In this document: piece after piece, positions 37,131 through 47,997 of the stretch
How positions within the stretch are numbered: position 1 is the first letter of the stretch
Layout: the number at the start of each line of letters is the position of its first letter
NCBI GenBank assembly: GCA_014376785.1
Contig: JACMQW010000018.1
Location: forward strand, 9,536-73,535
DNA length: 64,000 nt
Origin: Oligoflexia bacterium
GTDB taxonomy: Bacteria > Bdellovibrionota > UBA1018
Direction: 5' to 3'
Program-made: the position numbers and the translations under genes
Notes under the pieces: generated by a model
Seen by the model: only the letters and a program-made list of their open reading frames with translations
Told to the model about the DNA's origin: nothing
Database searches by the model: none

Positions 37131-37792
37131 GCTTTCGTTCTGAGAAGCGAAATCAGTCGCAGCACCGACCCTCCGCTTCCCTTGTTCGGACGCTCATGGC
37201 TTTTTGCTTGGTCATGTTGTCGGGAACCGCTAGAGCCGACTTCGAAGCAGATTTCACGACGTCTTCCACCCAAGCGAGGACACCGAAATTTCACGGTAAG
37301 GTTTATTTGAAGGGAGATCGACTTCGCGTCGATTCTTCTTACCCTTTCGATTTAAACGCTTACGCTAAAGCGGGTGCGAAGACTGCTTCCGTGGCAGTTC
37401 CCTCCTTTCACATTCGACTGAGCGCAAATCTCGAAAAATACTCGGGTCAGATCCCGCTTTGTCTGGCGAAAGATTTCGCAGCCTGCGTATCCGATCTAAA
37501 ACTAAAGAAAATAGGATCAGAAAAGTGCGGCGATCAAAATTGTGAAATTTACGAATCCCTTTCGATCGGAAAGGAGATTAAAAAGCTGAAAGTGTGGCAA
37601 CCGGAAAACGTAAAAGAAATTTCGCTCGTGAAAAGCCTCCTGACAAAAAGCAACGGTGTGCAGCTCACTACCACCTTTAAAAAAATCACCGGCACTGTTC
37701 ATCCAGAAAACTTTTACGATGTTCCTGCGGGATTCGTGAATGCCGGCTCGATCGAAAGCTTTTACGGAGACCTCAAAGGGAAATCGGAGTGA
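37127..37792 (+). CDS. Secreted hypothetical protein (possibly LolA-like fold)
   Basis: Overlaps the SDR stop (ATGA). An internal signal-like segment LMAFCLVMLSGTARA is present. No catalytic motif. Confidence 0.5.
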   Translation: MSFRSEKRNQSQHRPSASLVRTLMAFCLVMLSGTARADFEADFTTSSTQARTPKFHGKVYLKGDRLRVDSSYPFDLNAYAKAGAKTASVAVPSFHIRLSANLEKYSGQIPLCLAKDFAACVSDLKLKKIGSEKCGDQNCEIYESLSIGKEIKKLKVWQPENVKEISLVKSLLTKSNGVQLTTTFKKITGTVHPENFYDVPAGFVNAGSIESFYGDLKGKSE

Positions 37793-38508
37793 TTTGGGAA
37801 ACGAAGGTGACCCTCGAGCGGATTCAGTTGCCGGAAGGTAATTTTCTCTCGCTTGAAATCGAGGAATTAGTGAACCTCGAGGCGACGATCGATGCGCTCT
37901 TTATTGAGCTTGAAAAAACGGGTGAGTCGGCATTACTAGAAGAACTTTGCCCCTATTTTGGCTGTGTTTGGCCCTCTGCGCGTGGACTGACCGAATACTT
38001 ACTCGAGCATTCTCCCGAAGAAAAAGGAGGCACGCGGATCTTGGAAGTCGGTTGTGGACTGGCGGTTCCTTCCCTTGCGCTCGCAAAACACCTTAAATTC
38101 TCAAAAATAATCGCGACTGATTTTCATCCCGAAGTGCCGAAGTTTTTGGCTAAAAATATCGCGCGAAATCGAATCTCGAGTGACCGGTTCAATTACGAGC
38201 CGCTCGACTGGAGAAATCCTCCCGAGAACCTAGCGCGCTTCGGAGTCGTGATGGGCTCCGATGTCCTCTACGAAAAAGCGCATCCCGCAGATCTGGCCGA
38301 AGCACTGGTTCGTCTAGTGAAGCCGCTCGGTCGGGTGATCATTGCGGATCCGGGCCGTCCCTACCTTCCGGTATTTGTGGAGGAAATGAACGCGCGCGGA
38401 TTCTTCGCGAAGCCCCGAGTCTACACGGTTCCGGCAGATCCCGTGCGCGGCGAGACCCTGCCGCACTCGACAAAAGACGTGCAGGTGTTTGATTTTCGAA
38501 AGCCTTAA
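37789..38508 (+). CDS. Class I SAM-dependent methyltransferase
   Basis: Motif I ILEVGCGLAVPSLALA and motif post-I IIATDFHPE are present. It overlaps the upstream stop. Confidence 0.75.
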   Translation: MIWETKVTLERIQLPEGNFLSLEIEELVNLEATIDALFIELEKTGESALLEELCPYFGCVWPSARGLTEYLLEHSPEEKGGTRILEVGCGLAVPSLALAKHLKFSKIIATDFHPEVPKFLAKNIARNRISSDRFNYEPLDWRNPPENLARFGVVMGSDVLYEKAHPADLAEALVRLVKPLGRVIIADPGRPYLPVFVEEMNARGFFAKPRVYTVPADPVRGETLPHSTKDVQVFDFRKP

Positions 38509-39926
38509 ATGTTCCGCGACCGCTTATCGACCATCAGTGCGGCTTCTTTCACGGATTCTGAAAGAGTCGGATGAGCATGGCAGGTGCGAGCAATGTCTTC
38601 GCTCGATCCGCCGAATTCGATCACCGATACGATTTCCGGAATCAGGTCCGAAGCACGTGGCCCGACGATGTGAGCTCCCAAAATTTTATCGGTTTTTTGA
38701 TCGGCGATGATTTTTACAAACCCTTCGACCTCATCCATCGTTTTTGCGCGAGCGTTCGCGATAAACGGAAAAACCCCGACAGAATAGGCGACGCCGGATG
38801 CTTTCACTTCTTCTTCCGTGTAACCCACGGTCGCTAGCTCTGGCCAAGTGTAGACGACGTTTGGAATGGCTTCGTAATTCACATGTCCGGGTTGGCCCGC
38901 CATGAGTTCGACCGCCGCGACGCCTTCTTCTTCCGCTTTGTGTGCGAGCATCGGTCCATCCACGATATCGCCGACGGCGTAGATTCCGGAAGCCGACGTC
39001 TCGAAATGTTCGTTGATCGGCACGCGACCTTGTTTGTCGAGAGTGATTCCCACCGTCTCTAAACCGACGTTAGCAGTGTAGGGTCGGCGACCCGTCGAGA
39101 CGAGCACGATGTCGCCTTCGAACGAGACTTTCGTCCCGCCGTTTGCCATGTCTTCGGCTTCGACGATCATTTTTTCGCCCTGAGGTTTCGCGCCTAAGCA
39201 CTTATGAGAAAGTTTAAAATCAAAGCCCTGTTTCACGAGGGCCTTCGCCAATTCCTTCCCAGCCTGAATGTCAGTTCCGGGAAGGATGCGGTCTTGGAAT
39301 TCGATCACGGTGATTTTCGAACCGAGACGCGACCAAACGGAGCCCATCTCAAGCCCGATCACGCCGCCGCCGATCACGATGAGTTTTTCAGGAACCTTCG
39401 TCAACTCAAGCGCTTCGGTCGAAGACACCACGGTTTTTCCGTCAAACTTCAAGAAGGGAAGCTCAGCCGTTTCAGAGCCGGTCGCAAGGAGTATCCGCGG
39501 TGCCGAAATTCGGGACACGCCTGCTTCTCCCGTGACTTCGACTACGTAGTTTGGGCCTTCTTTACCGACGATTTTTCCATGTCCAGAAACCGAGTCGACA
39601 CCGTGTTTTTTAAAAAGTCCGGCGATCCCATTGGTGAGCTGTCGAACGATGCCTTCTTTTCGCTTCTGCATGGCATCGAGATCGAGCTGGATGTCACTCA
39701 TCACGATGCCGTGCTTCGCGAACTTCGTTTTGGCTTGATAGAAGTGTTCACTCGACTCGAGCAGTGCTTTCGAGGGGATGCACCCGACGTTTAAGCAAGT
39801 GCCGCCCAGAGTCTTGCGCTTCTCCACACATGCGGTTTTGAAGCCGAGCTGTGTAGCGCGAATCGCAGAAGTGTAGCCCGCAGGCCCGCCGCCAATGATG
39901 ATCAGGTCATAATTCGTTTCGGACAT
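38505..39926 (-). CDS. lpdA: Dihydrolipoyl dehydrogenase (E3)
   Basis: YDLIIIGGGPAGYTSAIRATQLGFKTACVEKRKTLGGTCLNVGCIPSK contains the FAD motif and the redox-active disulfide. 473 aa. Confidence 0.9.
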   Translation of the reverse strand: MSETNYDLIIIGGGPAGYTSAIRATQLGFKTACVEKRKTLGGTCLNVGCIPSKALLESSEHFYQAKTKFAKHGIVMSDIQLDLDAMQKRKEGIVRQLTNGIAGLFKKHGVDSVSGHGKIVGKEGPNYVVEVTGEAGVSRISAPRILLATGSETAELPFLKFDGKTVVSSTEALELTKVPEKLIVIGGGVIGLEMGSVWSRLGSKITVIEFQDRILPGTDIQAGKELAKALVKQGFDFKLSHKCLGAKPQGEKMIVEAEDMANGGTKVSFEGDIVLVSTGRRPYTANVGLETVGITLDKQGRVPINEHFETSASGIYAVGDIVDGPMLAHKAEEEGVAAVELMAGQPGHVNYEAIPNVVYTWPELATVGYTEEEVKASGVAYSVGVFPFIANARAKTMDEVEGFVKIIADQKTDKILGAHIVGPRASDLIPEIVSVIEFGGSSEDIARTCHAHPTLSESVKEAALMVDKRSRNI

Positions 39927-39946
39927 TTTTTTCCTTCGAGACTCAC

Positions 39947-41431
39947 TTAGAAAGTGAAGTCGAGTTTTTCTGGATTCTCAAGCGCGTCTTTCAGATGCAC
40001 AAGCCAAGTCACTGCACCTTTACCATCGACGATCCGGTGATCGTAAGAAAGCGCGGTGTACATCATCGGGCGAATCTCGACCTTACCGTTAATAGCCATC
40101 GGTCGATCCATGATTTTATGCATCCCGAGAATTCCGGATTGAGGCGGATTCAGAATCGGAGTGGACATGAGCGAGCCGTAAGTTCCGCCGTTCGAAATCG
40201 TAAACGTTCCTCCGGTCAAATCCGCCATGGAAAGTTTTCCGTCACGGCCTTTGATCGCGAGTTCTCCGATTTTCCGTTCAAGCTCTACAAACGATAGGGC
40301 ATCCGCACCGCGAATGACCGGAACCACGAGTCCACGGTCGGTGCCCACCGCGACGCCGACATCGTAATAGTCATGATAAACCGTATCGCGGCCATCGATC
40401 ATCGCGTTCACTTCTGGAACGAGTTTCAAAGCGTAGATCGAGGCTTTCGTGAAAAACGACATAAACGAAAGGTTCACGCCGTGCTTCGCTTTGAACGCTT
40501 CTTTCTGTTCGGAGCGAAGCTTCATCACTGCCGACATATCCACTTCGTTAAACGTCGTGAGAATCGCTGCCGTGTGTTGGGCATATACCAGGCGTTCCGC
40601 AATCTTCGATCTCAGCATCGACATCTGGACTCGACGATCGCCCGGCTTATCCGTCACCGCCGGAGATTTTACTGCCGGTACGGAGGCTCCAGTAACGGAG
40701 GATGCCGCCGGCGTCTGGGCGCCATTTCCAGGCACGGAGGATGCCGCAGGCGTCTGGACGGAAGGAGCAGACGAAATTGCGCCAAGGACATCGCCCTTCG
40801 TCACCCGACCCTCTTTACCCGTGCCAGAGAGAGTCGCAGGATCGACATGGTTTGAAGCGGCTGCGCGACGGACTGCCGGCGAAAGGCCCGGAGCAGCGTT
40901 CATCCCGGGTGCAGACATCGGAGGAGTAGGCTGAGCAGAGGCGGCTGGGGGAGGGGGTGCAGCCGGTGCGCCCGGAACGGGAGGAATGGCGCCGTAACTT
41001 GCAGCATTTGCCGGAGCCGAAGGAGGTGTCGGTGGAAGGGGAGGCTTCATTCCAGGAGGGGCGGGTGGAAGTCCCGGCATTCCCGGAGGTGAAGGGGGAG
41101 CACTCGGTGCAGAACTCGCCGGTGCAGCCGAAACCTGGCCCCCCGGCATGGAGGATGCCGCAGGCGTCTGAACTGAGCCGCCCACCGTCGCCGCGACCGC
41201 ATCATCGATAAACCCAACCACCTCACCGATCGGTATCATTTCGCCCGCAGGCTTTAAAATTTGAAGCGTGCCGGTGTGTTCAGCAACAATTTCTACGGTG
41301 GCTTTGTCTGACTCGATTTCCAAAAGGAGATCGCCTGTTTTCACGGCTTCGCCATTTTGCTTCGCCCACTTCAGGATGCTGACTTCGGTAATCGATTCTC
41401 CGACGCTCGGAGCGACGACGTTCTTTCTCAT
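39947..41431 (-). CDS. sucB: Dihydrolipoamide succinyltransferase (E2 of 2-oxoglutarate dehydrogenase)
   Basis: The lipoyl domain has [19 protein letters not shown]. Long Pro/Ala-rich linkers follow. The catalytic C-terminus is [21 protein letters not shown]. It lies immediately downstream of sucA. Confidence 0.85.
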   Translation of the reverse strand: MRKNVVAPSVGESITEVSILKWAKQNGEAVKTGDLLLEIESDKATVEIVAEHTGTLQILKPAGEMIPIGEVVGFIDDAVAATVGGSVQTPAASSMPGGQVSAAPASSAPSAPPSPPGMPGLPPAPPGMKPPLPPTPPSAPANAASYGAIPPVPGAPAAPPPPAASAQPTPPMSAPGMNAAPGLSPAVRRAAASNHVDPATLSGTGKEGRVTKGDVLGAISSAPSVQTPAASSVPGNGAQTPAASSVTGASVPAVKSPAVTDKPGDRRVQMSMLRSKIAERLVYAQHTAAILTTFNEVDMSAVMKLRSEQKEAFKAKHGVNLSFMSFFTKASIYALKLVPEVNAMIDGRDTVYHDYYDVGVAVGTDRGLVVPVIRGADALSFVELERKIGELAIKGRDGKLSMADLTGGTFTISNGGTYGSLMSTPILNPPQSGILGMHKIMDRPMAINGKVEIRPMMYTALSYDHRIVDGKGAVTWLVHLKDALENPEKLDFTF

Positions 41432-41446
41432 GGATGTCCCTTTCGA

Positions 41447-44317
41447 TTAGGTAAATGCAGCCTCAGTAAAGGCTTTTAATTGGATTTCGTGAAGCTTGGT
41501 AGACCCGACCGCAGGTGCTGCTCCGGCTTCGCGACCCACGTAGCGAATCGAGCGATTTCCGGCGAGGCTAGAAAAGTCAGAGATTCCGCCCGCCCACATT
41601 CCATGAACGAATGGCCAAGCTCCCATATTTCTAGGCTCTTCCTGGACCCAAACCAATTCGGCATTTGGATAACGGGCGAGGATCGAAGCGAGCTTGGCGG
41701 CTGGGAAAGGATGAACCTGTTCCAATCGAACAAGTGCGATATCATCCCTGGCGAGCTCAGTGCGCTTAGCGAGCAAGTCGTAATAAACTTTTCCGGAAGA
41801 GAGCAGAACGCGTTTCACTTTCGCCGCATCGACTGAGGAGTCGTCGATCACTTCTTCAAAAAAGCCCGTCGCAAGATCATCGAGTGTCGACACCGCATGC
41901 GCATTTCTCAGCATCGATTTCGGAGACATGACGATCAGGGGTTTTCTGAAATCCCATTTTAACTGTCGGCGAAGGGCGTGAAAAATTTGTGCGGGCGTTG
42001 TCAAATTCACGATGAAAATATTATCGCGTCCTGCGAGCTGGAGGAACCGCTCCAACCGTGCACTGGAATGTTCCGGACCTTGTCCTTCGTATCCGTGCGG
42101 AAGCAAAAGGACCAGGCCGCTCATGCGGCGCCACTTCGATTCGGAACTCGCGATGAACTGGTCGATGATGACCTGGGCACCGTTTGCGAAATCTCCGAAC
42201 TGAGCTTCCCATATCACTAGAGTATTCGGAGCGGTGAGCGAATAGCCATGTTCAAATCCGAGCACGGCGGTTTCCGAAAGCTCTGAATTATAAACCATGA
42301 AAGGCGCTTGGCCGTCGCGTAGGTGATTGAACAAACAGAGCTTCGTTCCGTTTTGGGTATCGTTGAACACGGAGTGGCGATGGGTAAACGTTCCTCTTTC
42401 TGCGTCTTGACCCGAGAGTCGAACGGGAAAGCCTTCATTTACGAGTGAGGCGTAAGCGAGTGATTCCGCATTTCCCCAGTCGATGCCTTTTCCTTCGGTG
42501 ATCGCTTTCAGTCTGGCTTCGAGGAAACGATTTAACTTTGGATGGAGGTGAAATTCAGCCGGAACAGTATTCAGTTTTTGAGAAAGGTCTTTCAACGTAT
42601 CGGACTCGACCGAAGTCTTTATCGGTTTGAATAAATCTTCGGGAGTCGGAAGTTTGAAATTTTTCCATTCTCCTTCGAAGACCGAAACATAAGGGAGAGG
42701 TTTTTCAGCGCGCGTCTTCGTCTGCGCTTCGGTTAATTTCGCCATGATCGCATCGACCACTGCCTGATTATCTGCATCACCCTGCACGCCGGTTTCGGAT
42801 AATTTTTTTCCGTAAATTTCTCGGGTCGAAGGGTGGACTTTAATTTTCGCGTACATGACGGGTTGAGTGAAGGAAGGTTCGTCACCTTCATTGTGACCAT
42901 GTTTGCGGTAGCAGATGAGATCGATGAAAACGTCTTTTTTAAATTTTTCTCGGAATTCAGTTGCGAGCCTAGTGACGTGCCAGACCGCTTCTGGATCATC
43001 GCCGTTCACATGAAAAATCGGACTTTCAAGCATCATCGCGATGTCGGTTGCGAACCGGGTCGAACGCGCGTCACTGACGGAAGTCGTGAATCCGATTTGG
43101 TTATTGATCACGACATGGAGGGTGCCACCTGTCGCATATCCTTCTAGCTGCGAGAGGTTGAGTTCTTCGTAACAAACGCCCTGGCCCGCGAGAGCCGCAT
43201 CACCGTGGATGATGATTGGCATCACTTTCGTGCGTTCGGAATCTCCGATGCGATCTTGTTTTGCGCGAGCAATTCCTTCGACGACCGCGCCGACGAACTC
43301 AAGATGGGAAGGATTGTTTGCCAGAGACAGGCGAACGTTCTTTCCTTGGCGGGTGGTAAATTCGGTCGAATAACCTTTGTGATACTTAACGTCGCCTTCG
43401 CCCTGGGAATAATCGGAAGGATAATTGCCTTCAAATTCAGTGAAAATGTATTCCGGCTTCTTACCGAAGAAATTCGTGAGCACGTTCAATCGTCCACGAT
43501 GGGACATTCCCATTACGAAAACAGAAGTTCCGAATTCAGCGCCGACTTCGACGATGCAATCTAAAAGCGGAATGACACTTTCTCCGCCTTCGACCGAGAA
43601 CCGCTTCATCGCCACATAGCGGGTGTGCAAAAAGCGCTCGAACGTCTCCGCTTCAGCGAGGCGCTTGAAGATCAACTTTTTCGTCGGCGTGTCCAAATGG
43701 GCATTGTTTCGAGTGGTTTCCATCCGTGACTGAATCCAGTCGCGTTGTTCCGGGTCATGGATGTGGATAAATTCCACGCCGATGGTTGAACAGTAGGTTT
43801 CCCGGAGGAGGGCGATGATGTCTTTGAGTTTAGCGGTTCCCATCCCGAGAAGTTTGCCCGCGTTGAAACTTTTTTCGAGGTCAGCGGGAGTGAGTCCGAA
43901 CCGAGAGAGATCTAAAAAGCCGTGGGATTCTGCCGGCGGCTCGAGAGGGTTAATGTCCGCGATGTTGATTCCGCTTTCGCGGTAAGCTTGAATCAGCTTA
44001 GCAACTTTTCCTTCGCCTTCGAGTTGTTCGATCGAGAGGGAGGAGAGACCCTGGGCATTTCCCGCAACCACACCCGAGGGAAGCGAACCGCTAAAATTTT
44101 CGGCGCCGAATTCGATTCCTTCGAAAAAAGACTTCCAAGAGTCTTCCACAGAATCCGGATTCTCGAGGTAACGAGAATAGATTTCATCGATGTAATCAGC
44201 GTTCACGCTTTTCAAATAGCTGTAGCGTTGCAAGGACTTAGGGGTCGTCTTTTCCAAGTTTCTGCTCCGGATTCGCAAGTTGGTAGGCGATTCCGATTTT
44301 AGCTTAATTCCTCGCAA
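41447..44317 (-). CDS. sucA: 2-oxoglutarate dehydrogenase E1 component
   Basis: SYLKSVNADYIDEIYSRYLENPDSVEDSWKSFF aligns with the SucA N-terminus. HRGRLNVLTN is present. 956 aa from a TTG start at 44315-44317, so the true start is uncertain by ~20 codons. Confidence 0.85.
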   Translation of the reverse strand: MRGIKLKSESPTNLRIRSRNLEKTTPKSLQRYSYLKSVNADYIDEIYSRYLENPDSVEDSWKSFFEGIEFGAENFSGSLPSGVVAGNAQGLSSLSIEQLEGEGKVAKLIQAYRESGINIADINPLEPPAESHGFLDLSRFGLTPADLEKSFNAGKLLGMGTAKLKDIIALLRETYCSTIGVEFIHIHDPEQRDWIQSRMETTRNNAHLDTPTKKLIFKRLAEAETFERFLHTRYVAMKRFSVEGGESVIPLLDCIVEVGAEFGTSVFVMGMSHRGRLNVLTNFFGKKPEYIFTEFEGNYPSDYSQGEGDVKYHKGYSTEFTTRQGKNVRLSLANNPSHLEFVGAVVEGIARAKQDRIGDSERTKVMPIIIHGDAALAGQGVCYEELNLSQLEGYATGGTLHVVINNQIGFTTSVSDARSTRFATDIAMMLESPIFHVNGDDPEAVWHVTRLATEFREKFKKDVFIDLICYRKHGHNEGDEPSFTQPVMYAKIKVHPSTREIYGKKLSETGVQGDADNQAVVDAIMAKLTEAQTKTRAEKPLPYVSVFEGEWKNFKLPTPEDLFKPIKTSVESDTLKDLSQKLNTVPAEFHLHPKLNRFLEARLKAITEGKGIDWGNAESLAYASLVNEGFPVRLSGQDAERGTFTHRHSVFNDTQNGTKLCLFNHLRDGQAPFMVYNSELSETAVLGFEHGYSLTAPNTLVIWEAQFGDFANGAQVIIDQFIASSESKWRRMSGLVLLLPHGYEGQGPEHSSARLERFLQLAGRDNIFIVNLTTPAQIFHALRRQLKWDFRKPLIVMSPKSMLRNAHAVSTLDDLATGFFEEVIDDSSVDAAKVKRVLLSSGKVYYDLLAKRTELARDDIALVRLEQVHPFPAAKLASILARYPNAELVWVQEEPRNMGAWPFVHGMWAGGISDFSSLAGNRSIRYVGREAGAAPAVGSTKLHEIQLKAFTEAAFT

Positions 44318-44395
44318 CTGCGGGGAAAATCAGCTCGGCAAAATGATCCTGCTGGATTATTTAGACGCAGTCGACTCTCCGAAATGAAAAACCGC

Positions 44396-45217
44396 TTATT
44401 TCTTTTTTGGAACTTCAGGCACCCAAGCCGAAGGCGATTTCGTTGCGCGAGAGGCCCAGGCTTTTAGATCTTCTTTCCACTTTGGCGGGGTGCGAGTAAT
44501 GGGTGTCCGCTTTTCCTCGAGATCCACGAGGAGAGCCATGAAGCGGCGTTCGTCCATTTCAGAGCCGCGCTGCCATTCGAGGCCATAACGATGCCCCGTT
44601 CCATCAGGCCGTCCATAAACCGCAATGCCGCGCATTAGAACGACGTGTTCTTCATAGTCAAAGGTGAGGAGAACCGAGTCTCCGTTTACGACCGGAGCAG
44701 AATCCGTTTTCAAACCCGCTCCACCGACTGCCAGATCAACGATCTCGCAGGGCGTCGCATGTCCCTCCGTTTTTGAAAGTTGGCCACGCATCGAGACCGT
44801 GTACCTGGGCGCGTTTTCCCACCAGCGCAAACGCGAATTCATAAATACAGCTCTGACATTCGGAAGCAGCAAGTAACCAATCAATGCCAGATTGGTTGCG
44901 GTCACGCCCATCAGCATCGGAATTGAAATCACATCGCTAGCGAGGCGCCATTCGGAAATATTCAGATAGATCGAAACGAGGGAGAGTCCGATGACGATGA
45001 AATATCCAAAACGTTTTGCGAAAAAAATCAGCAAACCGCTAAAGATCGGCAAGCCGTAAAAAACCATGAGATCGATCGGTCGAGAAAATCTCCAAATCGC
45101 ACTCGCCATTTCAAACGTCGTGACGTGATTCACTCGGGCTGAAAGAAAAATGCTCCCGAAAGGTCCTAAAATTTGCAGCAACGCAAGGATTACAAGAGGC
45201 CAAGGTCTTCTTTGCAT
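44396..45217 (-). CDS. Polytopic membrane protein with C-terminal PilZ-like domain (possible c-di-GMP receptor)
   Basis: About 5 N-terminal TM helices. The C-terminal part has RLRWWENAPRYTV followed by DLAVGGAGL, which resemble the RxxxR and DxSxxG PilZ motifs. Confidence 0.4.
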   Translation of the reverse strand: MQRRPWPLVILALLQILGPFGSIFLSARVNHVTTFEMASAIWRFSRPIDLMVFYGLPIFSGLLIFFAKRFGYFIVIGLSLVSIYLNISEWRLASDVISIPMLMGVTATNLALIGYLLLPNVRAVFMNSRLRWWENAPRYTVSMRGQLSKTEGHATPCEIVDLAVGGAGLKTDSAPVVNGDSVLLTFDYEEHVVLMRGIAVYGRPDGTGHRYGLEWQRGSEMDERRFMALLVDLEEKRTPITRTPPKWKEDLKAWASRATKSPSAWVPEVPKKK

Positions 45218-45242
45218 TCTTCAAGGCTAAAGGAATCCTGAA

Positions 45243-47933
45243 CTAACGTCGAGATTTCTTCTGACCCTTTCGGGCAGCAATGAGCTCAAGGGCTTGTTCG
45301 ATCGTAACCGATTCAGGTGCCTGATCTTTCGGAATGGATGCGCTGACCGTTTTGTATTTCACGTAAGGCCCGAATTTTCCTTCGAGAACCTGAAGGGGTT
45401 TTCCATCTTCAGGATGTGGACCGATTTCTTTCAGAATTTTAGAAGTCGCTCTTCCTTGCTTTGGCTGAGAAATCAGTTCCAGAGCGCGTTCGAAAGAAAC
45501 GGTGTAAACATCGTCTTCTTTTTTAAGGGAGCGGTAGTCGGTACCCATTTGAACGTAAGGTCCGAATCGACCATTATTCACGAGAAGAGGGACCTTCGTC
45601 TCAGGATGCAGACCGAGTTCCCTTGGAAGGGAGAGCCAGGTCAGAGCTTGCTCGGTCGTGACTGCGCGCGGATCTACCCCTTTCGGCACGGAGGCCCGAC
45701 GCGGTTTTGGCAACGCTTTCATGAATTCTTTCAATTTCTTTTTATCGGTCGTGGCGGCCTGCTCGGGAGGAAGGGTAGCGGCTTCGCCGAGTTGGACGTA
45801 CGGACCGAATCGTCCCGTGAGACAATAAATTTTCAGACCGCTTTTAGGATCGGTCCCGATTGCCTGCGGACCCTGGGCGGAAATGGCGATGATTTCTGAA
45901 ATTTTATCCGCCGTGAGGTCAGCGGGAGCGATGTCTTCGGGAATCGAGGCGTGGATTTCTTCTTCGCCTGCACTCTTTCCTACTTGCACGACGTAAGCAC
46001 CGTAACGGCCGATTTTCACATCGACGCCGGGAAGGTGGGGAAGGTCGAGCGTGCGGGATTCGCCCGCATCGATTTTTTTATCATTCGCCGCGGTGAGCGC
46101 TTTTAGCCCGTCTTTCCCTAAGAAAAAGGCGCGGAGGTAGGGAAGCCATTCCTTTTTACCCTCGGCGATCTCGTCGAGTGACCGTTCCATCTCAGACGTA
46201 AAACCAGCATCGACCAACTGGGAAAAGTGCTTCACCATGAGCTGGGTGACGGCGATTCCGGTGAAAGTCGGAGTGAGGGCGTTTCCGTTTTTTCGAACGT
46301 AATCTCGATCTATGAGCGTGCTGATAATCGAAGCGTAAGTCGAAGGTCGACCGATACCCTTCTTCTCGAGTTCACGAACAATCGAAGCTTCGGTAAACCT
46401 CGCGGGTGGTTGGGTTTCGTGCTCGACACTTTCAGCTTTTAAAAGCTTTAAAATGTCCCCTTCGCGCATTACGGGAAGCAACGTTTCTTTATCCGCAAGC
46501 GCTGCCGACGGATCATCGGAACCTTCAACATAAGCGCGGAGGTAACCCGGAAAAAGAATCGTCGAGCCGGAGGCGTGAAATACGGCATCGTCGGACTGGA
46601 TTTTTGCGGTAACGGACTTTTTCTGCGCGTCGACCATTTGACAAGCGACGGTGCGCATCCAAATGAGTTCATAGAGATCGCGCACTTTTCCGCTGAGTCC
46701 GGTTTTATCCGGATGAATGAATTCCGACCCGGCCGGTCGAATGGCTTCGTGGGCTTCTTGCGCGCCTTTGTCTTTTGTTGTGTAAGTGCGCGGAGTCTCA
46801 GGAAGGTATTTTTCGCCGTACAAGGCTTTCACCGCGTCGCGAGCGGCAGCGATGGCTTGGCTCGAGAGAGAGGGCGAATCAGTTCGCATGTAGGTGATCA
46901 AACCTTCTTCATAAAGCTGCTGGGCGACGCGCATGGTTTCGCGGGAGGAGAGTCCGAGTTTTCGGTTTCCTTCCTGCTGCAGCGTCGAAGTGATGAAGGG
47001 GGGGGAGGGCTTGGAGCTGTTCGGTCGTTCCTCGATGGAGATGACTTTCCACTCTCCCGAGCGCACTGAATCTAAGAGTTTTTTCGCCGCGGGTTCACCG
47101 AGGAGTAAAACGTCTTTACCATCGTTGATTTTCCCAGTGGTCTCATCGAAATCTTTGGAGGTTGCGATGCGCCGCCCGCCTACCGTGTGGAGCTTTGCAT
47201 CGAAAGCGGATTCGTCTTTGTCGGAAGTTTTCCGAACGTTCGCGACCAAGTCCCAGTACCGGGCCCGGCGGAAGGCGATGCGTTCACGTTCACGATCGAC
47301 GACCATCCGAAGGGCGGAAGACTGAACCCGGCCGGCAGAGAGGCCAAATGCGATTTTTTTCCAAATCAGTGGCGAGACGGTGTACCCGACCAATCGATCG
47401 AGGATCCGCCTGGTTTCTTGGGCCCTGACCAGCCGTTCGTCGATGTCCCGCGTTTCAGTCAATGCCTGTTCGATCGCGCTCTTGGTGATCTCGTGAAAAA
47501 CCATGCGTTTCACGGGAACTTTCGGCTTTAAAAGTTCGACCAAATGCCAGGAAATGCTTTCTCCTTCACGGTCTTCATCGGTCGCGAGGTAGAGGCTGTC
47601 TGCTTGTTTTAGTTTTGCTCGTAGGTCAGCGATGACTTTCGATTTGCCTTTCGGCACGACGTAGAGCGGCTCGAAGTCTTGTTCGACGTTCACGCCGATT
47701 TTTGTCCACTCTTCGTTCTTGATGCTTTTCGGGATATCGGCGGCTGACTGAGGGAGGTCTCGGACATGTCCTACGGAAGCTTCGACGATGAAGTTCTTCG
47801 GAAGGAACTTGCGAATCGTTTTTGCTTTCGTCGGGGACTCGACGATGACTAATACAGTGCCGTCACTGATTGCTTTCGCTTTCGGGGCGGGCTTCGTTTT
47901 TTTGCTGACGGCTTTTTCGGTCGGAGTGGCCAA
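45243..47933 (-). CDS. topA: DNA topoisomerase I
   Basis: The Toprim N-terminus is LVIVESPTKAKTIRKFL. C-terminal repeated zinc-ribbon/Lys-rich domains are present. 896 aa. Confidence 0.9.
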   Translation of the reverse strand: MATPTEKAVSKKTKPAPKAKAISDGTVLVIVESPTKAKTIRKFLPKNFIVEASVGHVRDLPQSAADIPKSIKNEEWTKIGVNVEQDFEPLYVVPKGKSKVIADLRAKLKQADSLYLATDEDREGESISWHLVELLKPKVPVKRMVFHEITKSAIEQALTETRDIDERLVRAQETRRILDRLVGYTVSPLIWKKIAFGLSAGRVQSSALRMVVDRERERIAFRRARYWDLVANVRKTSDKDESAFDAKLHTVGGRRIATSKDFDETTGKINDGKDVLLLGEPAAKKLLDSVRSGEWKVISIEERPNSSKPSPPFITSTLQQEGNRKLGLSSRETMRVAQQLYEEGLITYMRTDSPSLSSQAIAAARDAVKALYGEKYLPETPRTYTTKDKGAQEAHEAIRPAGSEFIHPDKTGLSGKVRDLYELIWMRTVACQMVDAQKKSVTAKIQSDDAVFHASGSTILFPGYLRAYVEGSDDPSAALADKETLLPVMREGDILKLLKAESVEHETQPPARFTEASIVRELEKKGIGRPSTYASIISTLIDRDYVRKNGNALTPTFTGIAVTQLMVKHFSQLVDAGFTSEMERSLDEIAEGKKEWLPYLRAFFLGKDGLKALTAANDKKIDAGESRTLDLPHLPGVDVKIGRYGAYVVQVGKSAGEEEIHASIPEDIAPADLTADKISEIIAISAQGPQAIGTDPKSGLKIYCLTGRFGPYVQLGEAATLPPEQAATTDKKKLKEFMKALPKPRRASVPKGVDPRAVTTEQALTWLSLPRELGLHPETKVPLLVNNGRFGPYVQMGTDYRSLKKEDDVYTVSFERALELISQPKQGRATSKILKEIGPHPEDGKPLQVLEGKFGPYVKYKTVSASIPKDQAPESVTIEQALELIAARKGQKKSRR

Positions 47934-47997
47934 TTCATTCCTCGGTTCTTATCCATAAGAAGGGAGGTCCACGTTTGAGTAAAGCGGAATACCACCG

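Noticed and set aside
40373-41211. Several 80-160-aa plus-strand ORFs antisense to sucB
   Set aside because: They fall in the Pro/Ala-rich linker region of sucB, where high GC leaves antisense frames open. sucB itself is strongly supported.
45294-47531. Multiple plus-strand ORFs (up to 201 aa) antisense to topA
   Set aside because: topA is unambiguous on the minus strand. The antisense ORFs lack motifs and starts with an RBS.
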